Source of the DNA: a virus
DNA length: 64,000 nt
IMG/VR virus record: IMGVR_UViG_3300037484_000235
Location: 27,588-91,587 of that record
Direction: 5' to 3' (one strand)
Shown: piece after piece, positions 43,977 through 53,600 of the stretch
Numbering within the stretch: the first letter of the stretch is position 1
Layout of the letters: each line of letters opens with the position of its first letter
Made by a program: the position numbers and the translations under genes
Notes under the pieces: model-generated
What the model was told of the DNA's origin: nothing
The model's database searches: none
The model's input: the letters and a program-made list of their open reading frames with translations, nothing else

Positions 43977-44447
43977 ATGGCACCACCCATCTCCAAGTTC
44001 TCTGGGCGGTACCGATTTCTGTCCAACTTCTTCCCAGCCCCGATTGTCATGAGCTTCGTCCATGAGGGCAAGAGATACAGATTCCTCATGCCCACCGTCG
44101 AGAATGCTTTTCAGGCTGCAAAGGTGGACACTCACATCATTGGACGTGTGGCTCGCATCCGGGCCTTTGTGGACCTCACGGCTGGGGAGGCAAAGAGGGC
44201 CGGTCGAAAAGTTGCCCTCCGATCTGATTGGGAGGGGATCAAATTATCAATCATGCACGCTCTTCTGGTCCAGAAGTTCTCCCATGCGGATCTTCGGGCC
44301 AGGCTCCTTGCAACGGGGGACACTGAGCTGATCGAGGGAAATACTTGGGGGGATACTTGGTGGGGTGTTGATTTGCGAACAGGTGAAGGCGAAAATCATC
44401 TTGGGAAGACGCTAATGCGGGTTCGAGCCGAGATTCAGAGCGCCTAA
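43977..44447 (+). CDS. NADAR (YbiA-like) protein
   Basis: FLSNFF, VENAFQAAK, AKRAGR, LLATGDTELIEGNTWGDTWWG, GENHLGKTLM. Confidence 0.9.
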   Translation: MAPPISKFSGRYRFLSNFFPAPIVMSFVHEGKRYRFLMPTVENAFQAAKVDTHIIGRVARIRAFVDLTAGEAKRAGRKVALRSDWEGIKLSIMHALLVQKFSHADLRARLLATGDTELIEGNTWGDTWWGVDLRTGEGENHLGKTLMRVRAEIQSA

Positions 44448-44470
44448 TCCATCTATTGGCCCCTAGAAGC

Positions 44471-45157
44471 ATGTCGAACCTTCGTTCTGGCCTCATCCGC
44501 CTCGCTCATAGCAAGCCAGAGTTTCGGCCTGCGATCCTGCCTCTGCTCAAGGAAGCCGGTTGTGAGAAACTCCCCGAAGGGGGTATGAGGGACAATTGCG
44601 AAAAGAAGGTCGAAGAGGGCAAGAAGGCATCCTCCTACCTCACTGAAGAGCAGTTTCGAGACAACAACCACACGCGCAACATGCGTTATCTAAACACGGC
44701 TCTTAAAGCGTTGTTGACGATTTCACGTTCTGTGAAATCCATTTACACCTCGGATGAGGGGGCACAACCGACGCGAGAGCAGTCGGCAGAGATGCTGATG
44801 ACGGCTCAAGCCATTGCGCTCAATGCTGGGGACATCGTCAAACTGGTGGGGCGTTCATCACGGACCACTAGAAGTAGGTCTTTCACCGCGAGTGCACGCC
44901 AAGAACTATTGTCCAAAACAGCCGCTTCGGAGATCCCTTTTTCGGAACTCCCAGAGCCTCAGATGGAACTCGTGAAGATCGTAGATCTGTCCCCGGTTAC
45001 CATTTGGGATGGAGTCCACGGGTACATTGTGTCGTTCAAGAGCAGCTCACAAAGTGGGGCTCGGTTAGAGCGGGACACGCTCAAGAAGATTGTCGACCAC
45101 AAGGACTTCCGTTGGATCTCCCCCTCTGGTAGGGGTAGCTTCTACATCGGGATGTGA
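44471..45157 (+). CDS. Hypothetical modular protein, probable virion-associated
   Basis: N-terminal LRSGLIRLAHSKPEFRPAILPLL helix; KEA/KKA/KTA junctions. Confidence 0.6.
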   Translation: MSNLRSGLIRLAHSKPEFRPAILPLLKEAGCEKLPEGGMRDNCEKKVEEGKKASSYLTEEQFRDNNHTRNMRYLNTALKALLTISRSVKSIYTSDEGAQPTREQSAEMLMTAQAIALNAGDIVKLVGRSSRTTRSRSFTASARQELLSKTAASEIPFSELPEPQMELVKIVDLSPVTIWDGVHGYIVSFKSSSQSGARLERDTLKKIVDHKDFRWISPSGRGSFYIGM

Positions 45158-45630
45158 GGACACCAATCATGGAACCCAAGAGTCAATCCAATCAGTCAAG
45201 TCTTGCTCAGCTACTTGCCGTTCTCAGGGCAATCCACTGGAGTCATTGGACGGCTCACTGGCAAGTCAAGGGGACACCATCGTATAGCGATCACATCCTC
45301 TTCGATAGCCTATACACGGGGATCCCGGCTGAGATAGATGCTCTGGCCGAGAAGATGGTTGCCTATTTTGGCGCGGAGGCAGTTGCACCAATACCCAGCA
45401 TGGCCCTCTCGCAGCAATTCCTTGCGACCCATAGCAGTGAGCCCAACGTGTACCGGCGCGCGTTGAAGATGGAACTCCAACTTCAACGGACGCTTAAGCA
45501 GGTATACGAGTCAATTGAAGACTCCAATGAAATGAGCCTTGGGCTTGACGACTTTCTCATGGCTGTTTCAAACACCCATGAGACCTCAATCTATCTCCTC
45601 CGCCAGAGGTTGCGACCGTCAGCCGTCTGA
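45154..45630 (+). CDS. Dps/ferritin-like protein
   Basis: HWTAHWQVKG...DHILFDSLY...EIDALAEK ferroxidase-centre pattern. Confidence 0.75.
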   Translation: MRTPIMEPKSQSNQSSLAQLLAVLRAIHWSHWTAHWQVKGTPSYSDHILFDSLYTGIPAEIDALAEKMVAYFGAEAVAPIPSMALSQQFLATHSSEPNVYRRALKMELQLQRTLKQVYESIEDSNEMSLGLDDFLMAVSNTHETSIYLLRQRLRPSAV

Positions 45631-46272
45631 GTCCGGAGTAGATTCTTCCGCAGGACCGTTGATACCAGACATCTGCGATGCAGTGTCAGCGAGTGCTCTG
45701 GGTAGTAACTCCCCGTACTGCTCAACGGGGAGCAAGAACTTGCCGTCCTTTGTCTTCCCTGAGGCATCAAGTCCCTTGAGGAATTCCCCCATGACCGTGT
45801 AGAGGAAGTGCCAGACCTCGGGATTGCCCTGGGCGACAGGGTCCCCCTTCGCTGCCCAGACGAACTTCTTGGCGCGATTGACCAAGGCGAACATCTCCCG
45901 GGGCTTCAGGGAACACCACAGGATGGTTCGGGTGCCCGAGGGGGATAGCTGATTCGTCGTGGCATCAAGGTGTGCTTCCAGCACGCGCTTGAAGAGTGCG
46001 GTGCGGGTGACGGTCTTCCCCTCATAGATCTCCGGGAACGCAGGGCTCCACACCCCCTGCTCGTAGGAGGACAGGAGGAAGTTCGATCCGTGAATCAGCC
46101 AGAACTCGTAGCCCGTCTGCGGATTCAAGGTGAAGTGTTCCAGGGAGTGCTTCTTCTTCTCCCGAAACTTGGTGGCTTCGCGGGCCTTTTCGATTTGTCG
46201 GTCTTTGGACCTGGCACTTGCCTTTTTTGCTCGTGTGCCTGCCTTCTGTGCTTTGTTCTTTGACATTCCCAC
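45619..46272 (-). CDS. Hypothetical protein with basic N-terminus
   Basis: 217-aa ORF divergent from the chaperonin. Confidence 0.6.
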   Translation of the reverse strand: MGMSKNKAQKAGTRAKKASARSKDRQIEKAREATKFREKKKHSLEHFTLNPQTGYEFWLIHGSNFLLSSYEQGVWSPAFPEIYEGKTVTRTALFKRVLEAHLDATTNQLSPSGTRTILWCSLKPREMFALVNRAKKFVWAAKGDPVAQGNPEVWHFLYTVMGEFLKGLDASGKTKDGKFLLPVEQYGELLPRALADTASQMSGINGPAEESTPDSDG

Positions 46273-46301
46273 ACCTTACACCCGGCGTAACGTACAACGT
46301 G

Positions 46302-47879
46302 ATGAATCCTGTTCTTGATCAGCAGAGGGCGTGGGAGCTTCTTTCGAGTGGCGCCCATGAAGTTGCACGCGTCGTGTCCAAGACCTTCGGCCCTGCGGGC
46401 GGCAAGGTCATGATAGAGAAGGCAGGGTCGGTCCTTGTAACGACTGATGGGGCCGCACTCACACGCGAGACTCAGCTTGACGGTGCGAAGAGACTGGGTG
46501 CGACCCTCATCCGATCTGCCGCAATCAAGACCGATGAGCAAGTTGGAGATGGGACTTCCACAACGGTGATCTTGGCGGACGCTCTCATCCGGGAGATTGG
46601 AAAGAGGGCTTGTGTGCACGGCTGGGATCCGGTGTGCACGGTAGCTCAAATCCGAGAAGCTCATCTGGAGGCAGAGGGTCAGATTCAGCATATGTCCCGC
46701 CTCGCAGATCGTGAGTGTTTGGATCGGATAGCCCTCATGGCTTCCCATGAAGACCCACTCATTGCCGAGAAGGTAGTTGAGGCGGTGCTTGCAGTAGGCG
46801 AGGGCGGGTCCGTGGTGATCTCGCCCTACGAGGGGACGGGGATTGTCCTTGAGCAGAAGGCCGGACTTTATCTCAATCAAGGGTGGACCTCCTTCGATAT
46901 GGCACCGGCAGACGGATCCACCGAGCGGGAGATGGATGGGCCTCTCGTGGCCGTGTTCCGCCAAGGACTTCGACGGGTGGGTGACATTGCGACTGCGATG
47001 GAGCAAGCGAGTCAGTGGCCGGGTCGTGGTCTCGTGGTGTTTGCGCCCAGTATCCAGGGGGATGCCCTCAAGACCCTCTTGGTCAATGACAAGAAGGGCG
47101 TGCTCTCGTGTGTGGGTGTCGAGTACTCGGGGTCATCTGCGGACCTGGACGACTGGCTTGAGGACATCTCGGCAGTCACCAATTCGATGATCGTGGATAC
47201 AGGGACAGGGATGTCCCCTGAGAAGTTCGAGGGGTCGTGGTTGGGTTCCGCTCGAAGAGTGACCCTGACTCGGGAACACACACTCGTCGTCTCCTACCTG
47301 GATGGGGATATTCCCCAGAAGATTGATCTGAGAGTTGCCCAGCTTCGGGCGCGAGCCGAGGTCTCCCCCTACCCCTACGAGAAGGCCAAGCTCACGGAGC
47401 GTGCTTCGGCGATCGATGGGGGCCTCTGTACGCTGCGGATCGGTGGACTCACCAAGCAGGAGGGTCAGGACCGTCGCTCACGGGTCGAGGATGCCCTCAA
47501 GGCTGTGCAGACGTGTCTGAGGGGCGGCGTGGTTCCTGGAGCGGGCTACGCGCTGTTCAGGGCCTGTGTGTGGCTCCCTCAGACCGAGGGCGGCGTGATA
47601 CTGGACAGGGCTCTCATGTCGGTCCTGGGCACGCTGGCGAGCCGGGCGGGGGCAGAGCCTCAGACCGTTTTTCGGGAGGGCATGGAGGTCACTCTGTACG
47701 ATCCCGATGGGTGGTACGGGTGGGATCCACTGCTTGGGGATTGGCGAGACTTCTGGGTGACGGCCCCACGAATCGTAGACCCCACTGAAGTCGTGTTGGC
47801 AGCTCTTAGGAATGCCGTATCCGTTGCTTGTCAGATCGCTTTGTGCGGGGTGGTCCTTGGAGTGCACCCAAAACGATAA
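46302..47879 (+). CDS. groEL: Divergent GroEL-like chaperonin
   Basis: TFGPAG, TTDG, GDGTSTT, RVEDALKA, GVVPGAG, IVDP; no GGM tail. Confidence 0.85.
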   Translation: MNPVLDQQRAWELLSSGAHEVARVVSKTFGPAGGKVMIEKAGSVLVTTDGAALTRETQLDGAKRLGATLIRSAAIKTDEQVGDGTSTTVILADALIREIGKRACVHGWDPVCTVAQIREAHLEAEGQIQHMSRLADRECLDRIALMASHEDPLIAEKVVEAVLAVGEGGSVVISPYEGTGIVLEQKAGLYLNQGWTSFDMAPADGSTEREMDGPLVAVFRQGLRRVGDIATAMEQASQWPGRGLVVFAPSIQGDALKTLLVNDKKGVLSCVGVEYSGSSADLDDWLEDISAVTNSMIVDTGTGMSPEKFEGSWLGSARRVTLTREHTLVVSYLDGDIPQKIDLRVAQLRARAEVSPYPYEKAKLTERASAIDGGLCTLRIGGLTKQEGQDRRSRVEDALKAVQTCLRGGVVPGAGYALFRACVWLPQTEGGVILDRALMSVLGTLASRAGAEPQTVFREGMEVTLYDPDGWYGWDPLLGDWRDFWVTAPRIVDPTEVVLAALRNAVSVACQIALCGVVLGVHPKR

Positions 47880-47911
47880 ACACCCTATCACCTAGACAAG
47901 GTGACGGGATT

Positions 47912-49150
47912 ATGCCCACCCCAAGAAATCTGTATGCTGCAATCGGGGGGACTCAGGAGAGTGCCCGTTCCGCAATCGGGGCGCTGGGTGAGGTCCAATC
48001 TGGAAACTCGTTGTATGTGGACTCCGTCTACGGTTCAAATGACACAGCGGCTCGGGGGCGCATTGACAAACCCTACCTGGCAGTTGCAGCGGCATTGGCC
48101 GCAGCCCAAGCAGGGGATGTTGTCCACGTTCGACCTGGAACATACCCCGTCACACCGTTCACAATTCCTGCCAATGTTTCCCTCGTTGGTGACATTAAAC
48201 GGAGGACGCATCTGACATATACGGCTACGGGAAATGCCGCCATGATCACGATGGGTGTAGGGTCCAGCCTTAGGGAGATTACTATCGAGTTGTCGAGCGT
48301 TGGCCACCACACCCTCACTGGTGTTTGGTTTGACGACGCTACGGTTCAAACCGCGTATCTCAGGTCCGTTCATGTCCATGTGGACAACGCAGGGGCTGGT
48401 GCAGGTGCCAGCGATGTTACTGGGGTTTTGGTCCAGTCTCTAGGAACCCAGGTGGTGGACAGCATCATGTTTGAGTCCACAATCACCGTGGATACGGTTG
48501 GGACGGGCCGTAAAAGATGCTTCCTAATGGACACATCGGTAGCGGATGCCAATCTGCAACACGTAGATATGCTGCTGAGTGCGCCTGCGTCCATCGATGC
48601 AATCGGGGCAGAGATCAATATTGCGGGGGGTACGCTCCGCTATCTATCTGGTTTGGTGTCTGTCATTGCGGCGGTGTCCCCCACGACAAATGCCGACATA
48701 TCTCAAACGGCGGGATTCCTACGGATGGGGGCGGTGACGCTTCTAGACAGTAGTTGTAAGGGTTTGGCATTTACAACCGTGGGGCAGAACTCCCCTGTCA
48801 TCTTTGGGGATCCTGGGGGCATCACAGGCAACTTGTTCCTGCGTCCAGGTGGTGGATCAGGCAGTATCACGGAAGCTGACAATCAGCTGTATGTGGCCAC
48901 GAGGTCCATCATTCAGGCGTTGTCAGCTCACGCAAATACTGGTCCAGGCGGGGTACTAACTTGCGTAGTCACTGTGCGCGTCAACGGGGTTCCCACCACA
49001 TTGACGCTGACACTTACGGGTGTGCAAACCAGCGGGACTGACCTGGTGCACGCTGTTGAAGTGCCTGCCGGTTCCCTTGTCTCCGTGCACGCGGCGGACG
49101 CTGGTGCAACTACTGATCTCAATGTGTCCTTCCTAATCTCAGGCTGGTAA
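47912..49150 (+). CDS. Beta-rich virion/fibre-like protein (pectin-lyase-like start)
   Basis: YVDSVYGSNDT...KPYLAVAAALAAAQAGDVVHVRPGTY; G/T/V/A-rich. Confidence 0.6.
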   Translation: MPTPRNLYAAIGGTQESARSAIGALGEVQSGNSLYVDSVYGSNDTAARGRIDKPYLAVAAALAAAQAGDVVHVRPGTYPVTPFTIPANVSLVGDIKRRTHLTYTATGNAAMITMGVGSSLREITIELSSVGHHTLTGVWFDDATVQTAYLRSVHVHVDNAGAGAGASDVTGVLVQSLGTQVVDSIMFESTITVDTVGTGRKRCFLMDTSVADANLQHVDMLLSAPASIDAIGAEINIAGGTLRYLSGLVSVIAAVSPTTNADISQTAGFLRMGAVTLLDSSCKGLAFTTVGQNSPVIFGDPGGITGNLFLRPGGGSGSITEADNQLYVATRSIIQALSAHANTGPGGVLTCVVTVRVNGVPTTLTLTLTGVQTSGTDLVHAVEVPAGSLVSVHAADAGATTDLNVSFLISGW

Positions 49151-49160
49151 AAGGATCCCA

Positions 49161-49829
49161 ATGGCTGTTACTTTTCTTGACCTGACGGGGGAATCCCGAA
49201 ACCCACCACCACCCAAGACGGCGTCAGATGGCTCCAAGAATCCTATCTGTCGGCTTAAGAACAGCAAAGTTCTCGTTCGAGACCCTAAGACCATCACTGG
49301 CATTGGCATCCACCAGACCGCTTGTGTCTTTGGACCAGCGGACAACTTGATCAAGAGGCATCGCAGAGCGTTCGACGTGCCATCCCACGCTCTGGCCTTT
49401 AGGGATGGTGTGGTGGCTACCGCGTTCCCGATGCTCTGGTACATGTACCACGGACACCGACTTAACGCCTTCACCTACGGCCTGGAAATCGAGGGACAGT
49501 ACCCAGGTCTTCTCGATGACCCAGCGACTCCACAGCGTGAGGACATTCAGACTGCTTGGAAGGGCATCACCCCACTCGATGATCTCACGATTGAGACAGC
49601 ACGAGCCGCACTCAAATACCTCTATGAAGAGGGGTTGAAGCTCGGGTCGCCTGTCCAGTATGTATGGGCGCACCGGCAGTCCAACGACAAGAAGATTCAC
49701 GACCCTGGGGCTGGGATTTGGAAGCATGTTGTTCTGGACTACGCAGTGGCTGTCCTGGGGCTCAAGGTCGAACCCAACAGGAAGTGGAACGATGGTAATC
49801 CTATCCCCGCCGCATGGGGAAAGCCATGA
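49161..49829 (+). CDS. N-acetylmuramoyl-L-alanine amidase (endolysin-like)
   Basis: IGIHQTA, GLEIEG, WAHRQS...DPG zinc-amidase pattern. Confidence 0.75.
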   Translation: MAVTFLDLTGESRNPPPPKTASDGSKNPICRLKNSKVLVRDPKTITGIGIHQTACVFGPADNLIKRHRRAFDVPSHALAFRDGVVATAFPMLWYMYHGHRLNAFTYGLEIEGQYPGLLDDPATPQREDIQTAWKGITPLDDLTIETARAALKYLYEEGLKLGSPVQYVWAHRQSNDKKIHDPGAGIWKHVVLDYAVAVLGLKVEPNRKWNDGNPIPAAWGKP

Positions 49830-50593
49830 CCGTAAAGATCGCACGAGCCAACGTTCGCCCCCAACGCCAGCCAAATCAGTACTCATGCTGTACCACAAGT
49901 TTAAGTATGAGCCTGGAGGCTTTGGGTCTCCCGTTGTCAGAGGTGGGTGTAGAGCAGGTGAACAAGGTGCTCGGAGCCCAGCCTCTTCAGGGCGCAAGTT
50001 GGGACCAGGTTGCGGGCGCGGCTTCGCACTTCGGTTGTAGGGCGACGCTCGTGGTCCCGTCCACTTTGGCCCAGGTACGGGCTTGGACAGATGCGGGAAC
50101 CCCCGTTCTAATCGGTTGGAACACGGGTAGCGAGTGGAGCCACGCAAGTCTGATTTTCGACGTGACGGACACCCACGTTTACATTGCGGACCCCAACATC
50201 ACCAATCCGGAACGGACCACACACGTTCTGCCTCACGATGAGTTCTACGAGAAGTGGTACGAGAAGGCGGCACCCGGATATAAGATCCGACGCTCAGCCA
50301 TGGCAATCGAGCGTGAGATCACACCAGACGGGAGACAGGTCATGGCCAGTTCTATTCACTCAAAGTTGGCATCCAAGGTTGCAACCCGATTCGTCGCCGG
50401 CAAGAAGCTCCCTGAAGTGTGGGCTGTGATGATGCCCAAGAACACATCGGAACTGGAAGACATTTGGTTCAATGCGGGGGAGTTCATTCAGTCTCAGTTC
50501 CAGGACCATGGGGGTGTTGTTCACCTCTTCGACAATCGTATGCAAGCTAGAGACGTAGCGAAGTTGCTTTTGAAGACTCTTCCGAGAGTCTAA
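49826..50593 (+). CDS. C39-like cysteine peptidase with C-terminal extension
   Basis: QPNQYSC (Q-x5-C), WSHASL, YIADP; ATGA-coupled to the amidase. Confidence 0.75.
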   Translation: MTVKIARANVRPQRQPNQYSCCTTSLSMSLEALGLPLSEVGVEQVNKVLGAQPLQGASWDQVAGAASHFGCRATLVVPSTLAQVRAWTDAGTPVLIGWNTGSEWSHASLIFDVTDTHVYIADPNITNPERTTHVLPHDEFYEKWYEKAAPGYKIRRSAMAIEREITPDGRQVMASSIHSKLASKVATRFVAGKKLPEVWAVMMPKNTSELEDIWFNAGEFIQSQFQDHGGVVHLFDNRMQARDVAKLLLKTLPRV

Positions 50594-50630
50594 GTTAGAC
50601 CCCCTATAATCCCCCGGTGGGAGAACCCAT

Positions 50631-53600
50631 ATGCCCACCGCCGGAAAGCGCGAACGTCGTCAGATGAAGGACCGGGAAATGTCCCGGACCATCAAGTATG
50701 GTCCTCCGAGTCATGAGGGACCTAGCGAAGATCAGTCTGCCATTTCAGGGGTCGGCTGGCGTGAACGTAAAGAACAAGGGCAAGCTGGGATGGCGGGTGC
50801 CGGACGAGGAGGTCGACACAAGTCTCCTCTTGACTACCAGCGCAATCCCAAGCACCGGGACCAAGCCGAAGAGCGCTACGCGGATGTGGGGAGCCCACTC
50901 TCAACCCGTCGGGACTATGGGGAGAAGACAGCTCGGGCGCCTAAGACCATGGAAGACTTCGCAGGACACATTAGTGTCCTTGTGGGGGGCATCAAGGACT
51001 TACAGCGTGCAACGAAGCGCCTCAAGCCTCAGTTGCTTGAGCTGAGTCAGTCCGTGGATTTTCTGCCAGACATGCTGGGGTCTGCCCCCACGATGTCTGG
51101 GGACATGTTCGGGAAGGAACTCGACCTCATCTCGCGGTCCACCGAGGAGATTGAGAACTTCATCGACGAGGCACAGCGGTCGGCCGCGCTCTTGGAGCGC
51201 GTGTTGACCTCTGACCGAAATCTTCGATTGGCTGCGACCGAAGTACCTCCCGGCCTAAAGAAGGGTGACTACATCGAAGTCATCGTATGGGATCGGAAAG
51301 ACGCGGATGCTGATCGGGCGGGAAACGTTCACAGCACTTACCGTGTGGTTCGCATTGAGGGTCCGAAGATCCTTGGTGTGGATTTTGAAGGACACAAAGC
51401 CTTCATTGATGTGGGCGACCGAAACGTAAAGTCTGTTCACGTACTAGATGACGATGCTGTTCACAAATTCGGGGGGGCTGCGACCCTTACAATCGTAGAC
51501 GGACACCTGGAGAAGCTCATGATCACTGCCTCTGATTTCGAAGACGCGCTCAAAGAGTCCAAGTTCGAGGAAGGCAAGCCAGCCGACCCCACGAAGAACA
51601 TGAGTAAGGAAGACGCCGCTGAATGGAAGCGTCAGACCGAAGAGCACAAGGATGAGTTTAAGACGGCCGGGGTGCCCGAGGACCATCAGTTGAAGATCCT
51701 CAAGGACACCGTGAAGAACCCAATGAAGGGGAAGTTCCTGGGAGGGCCCTCTGCGGAAGAGGCTGAGAAAACTCTGCGCGAGAAGTTTCACTTCACGGAT
51801 AAGCAGATTACTACTCTGAAGAAGGCGTCCGTTGGCAAGATCGCAAGTGTAACCGTAGGTGCCATTGCTAGCTTGGTGGCAGAGGAACTAGGTGCTTTCT
51901 CGTCAGCTATCAAGAAGACCGAGGATACTCTTGAGACCATCAAGGACAGCGACACAGATTGGAAGATCTGGGGCAAGAATTCTGAGGGAGAAGACTTTGA
52001 AGCTACTCTCACAGTCACTGGAAATGGCTACTACAGCCTCTATGTCTCTACTCAACTTGGGTCTCGAATGGGATTTTACATCATAGGCCCGCACGAGAGA
52101 GACCCATCGAAGATCAACGGGGCCCTACGTGGGTACACTGATCTTACTTGGGACATGCAGGGGTCGACACGGCCTCGCTTGGCATCGATTAAGGACTACG
52201 AGGTTGCCCTGCGCGTTGCTTCCCCAGGGGACAGCAAGGAGTCCAAGTTTGAAGAGGGCAAGCCAGCGGATCCAACCGAGAACATGTCCAAGGAAGATGC
52301 TGCCGAGTGGAAGCGTCAGAATGAAGAGCACAAGGACGAGTTTAAGACCGCCAAGGCAACCTATGTAGACCCCTCCATCGTTGGGGCGAAGCGAGTTGTC
52401 GATGAAGCTCGTAAAGAACTTGATCTTCTTTGGAGTAAGGGGCCTATTGTGTCTGGGTCGCCGGAGGCAAATAAGGCTAAGGACGCGTACAGGAAGTTTG
52501 AGGAGGCCAGTAGGGATCTCATGGATACCTACAAGTCTCTCCAAAATTGGAGATCAGCAACTCTGTCGGTAGACGACTACGCTGAGAGCTTGCGCGAAGC
52601 GAAGTTCCCCAAGGACAAGTCCATGACCGTGGACGAGGTGTCCGAGGTTGTGGGCCCTGAATTCAAAGAGATGAACGAGGACCCCCCGGAGTCTGTCAAG
52701 AAGCTTCAGAAGGAAATGCAGGGCAAGTCTGCTAGTGAGAAGATTGCGTTCCACTCCAAGCCTGCAATCAAGGCCATCCGCGATTATTACCTCGAAGCCA
52801 TGTCTAAGCCCCTTCAGGAGTCTCTGGGTAAGGCGCTCTCAGAGCTGTACTCAGGACCGGGGTCCGCTGGTGATGACGAGGACGGCTGGACCTACAGCAA
52901 GGCCCTACGCGACCTAGGGCGTTGGTGGGACTCCGTGGGGACCACGCTCTACTACGACACCCAGAGTGGCTTGGTGGAAGAGAGCCTACCCACAGCCTAT
53001 CAGGATGGCGATGAGATGGTTGAACCCATGCTTGAGGACTACATGGAGTTCTCCGAGCGTGATGGTGCAAAAGCAATCTTTGGAGCGCTGATCACCGATG
53101 GTGGGATGCGTCTGGGGTCTCAGAAGGCCTCCAGGTCATCCGATGTTTCGAAGCGGGAGTGGCAGCGTGCCCTCAAGACCGATGAGGACATGCTCGTGAG
53201 TCTCAATGCCAACATCAAGAAATTGGAGTCCGGGGAGACGGTCGAAAACCTCACCCTGGAAAACGCGAAGCTGATCAAGGGTGGCCTTGAGCAGGTCATT
53301 GAGAACAAGAAGAACCTCATCAAGAAGTTCGCGAACCTGTCGGACGAGACCACAGACAAGACTGCCGAGTGGAAGGGCTGGGACGAGGACATGCCTGTCC
53401 AGGTCGCGTCTGAACACGGCAGTGAGGTCTTCGAGAACCTTGCGGATGCTCGTCGCAAGTACCCCGAACTTGACCCTAAGAAGGGTGGTGGAGGCTTTCA
53501 CTGGGCTATGCGTGGTGAGGTGAAGGGTCGCCCTGCCATCCGATTTGAGAGCCACGGCCTATACAGGGCCATCTCGCGTGATGCCTCAGTGCATGAGGCG

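Noticed and set aside
10107..46282. GGTGTAAGG/AGCGTAAGG motif before several genes (10107, 11952, 13309, 15392, 41197, 46274)
   Set aside because: TAAGG is complementary to the 16S anti-Shine-Dalgarno, so an RBS explains most copies; too few to call a separate promoter class.
46125..50147. Long antisense ORFs 46125-47006 and 49224-50147
   Set aside because: They overlap well-supported GroEL, amidase and peptidase genes and have no motifs; typical GC-rich shadow frames.
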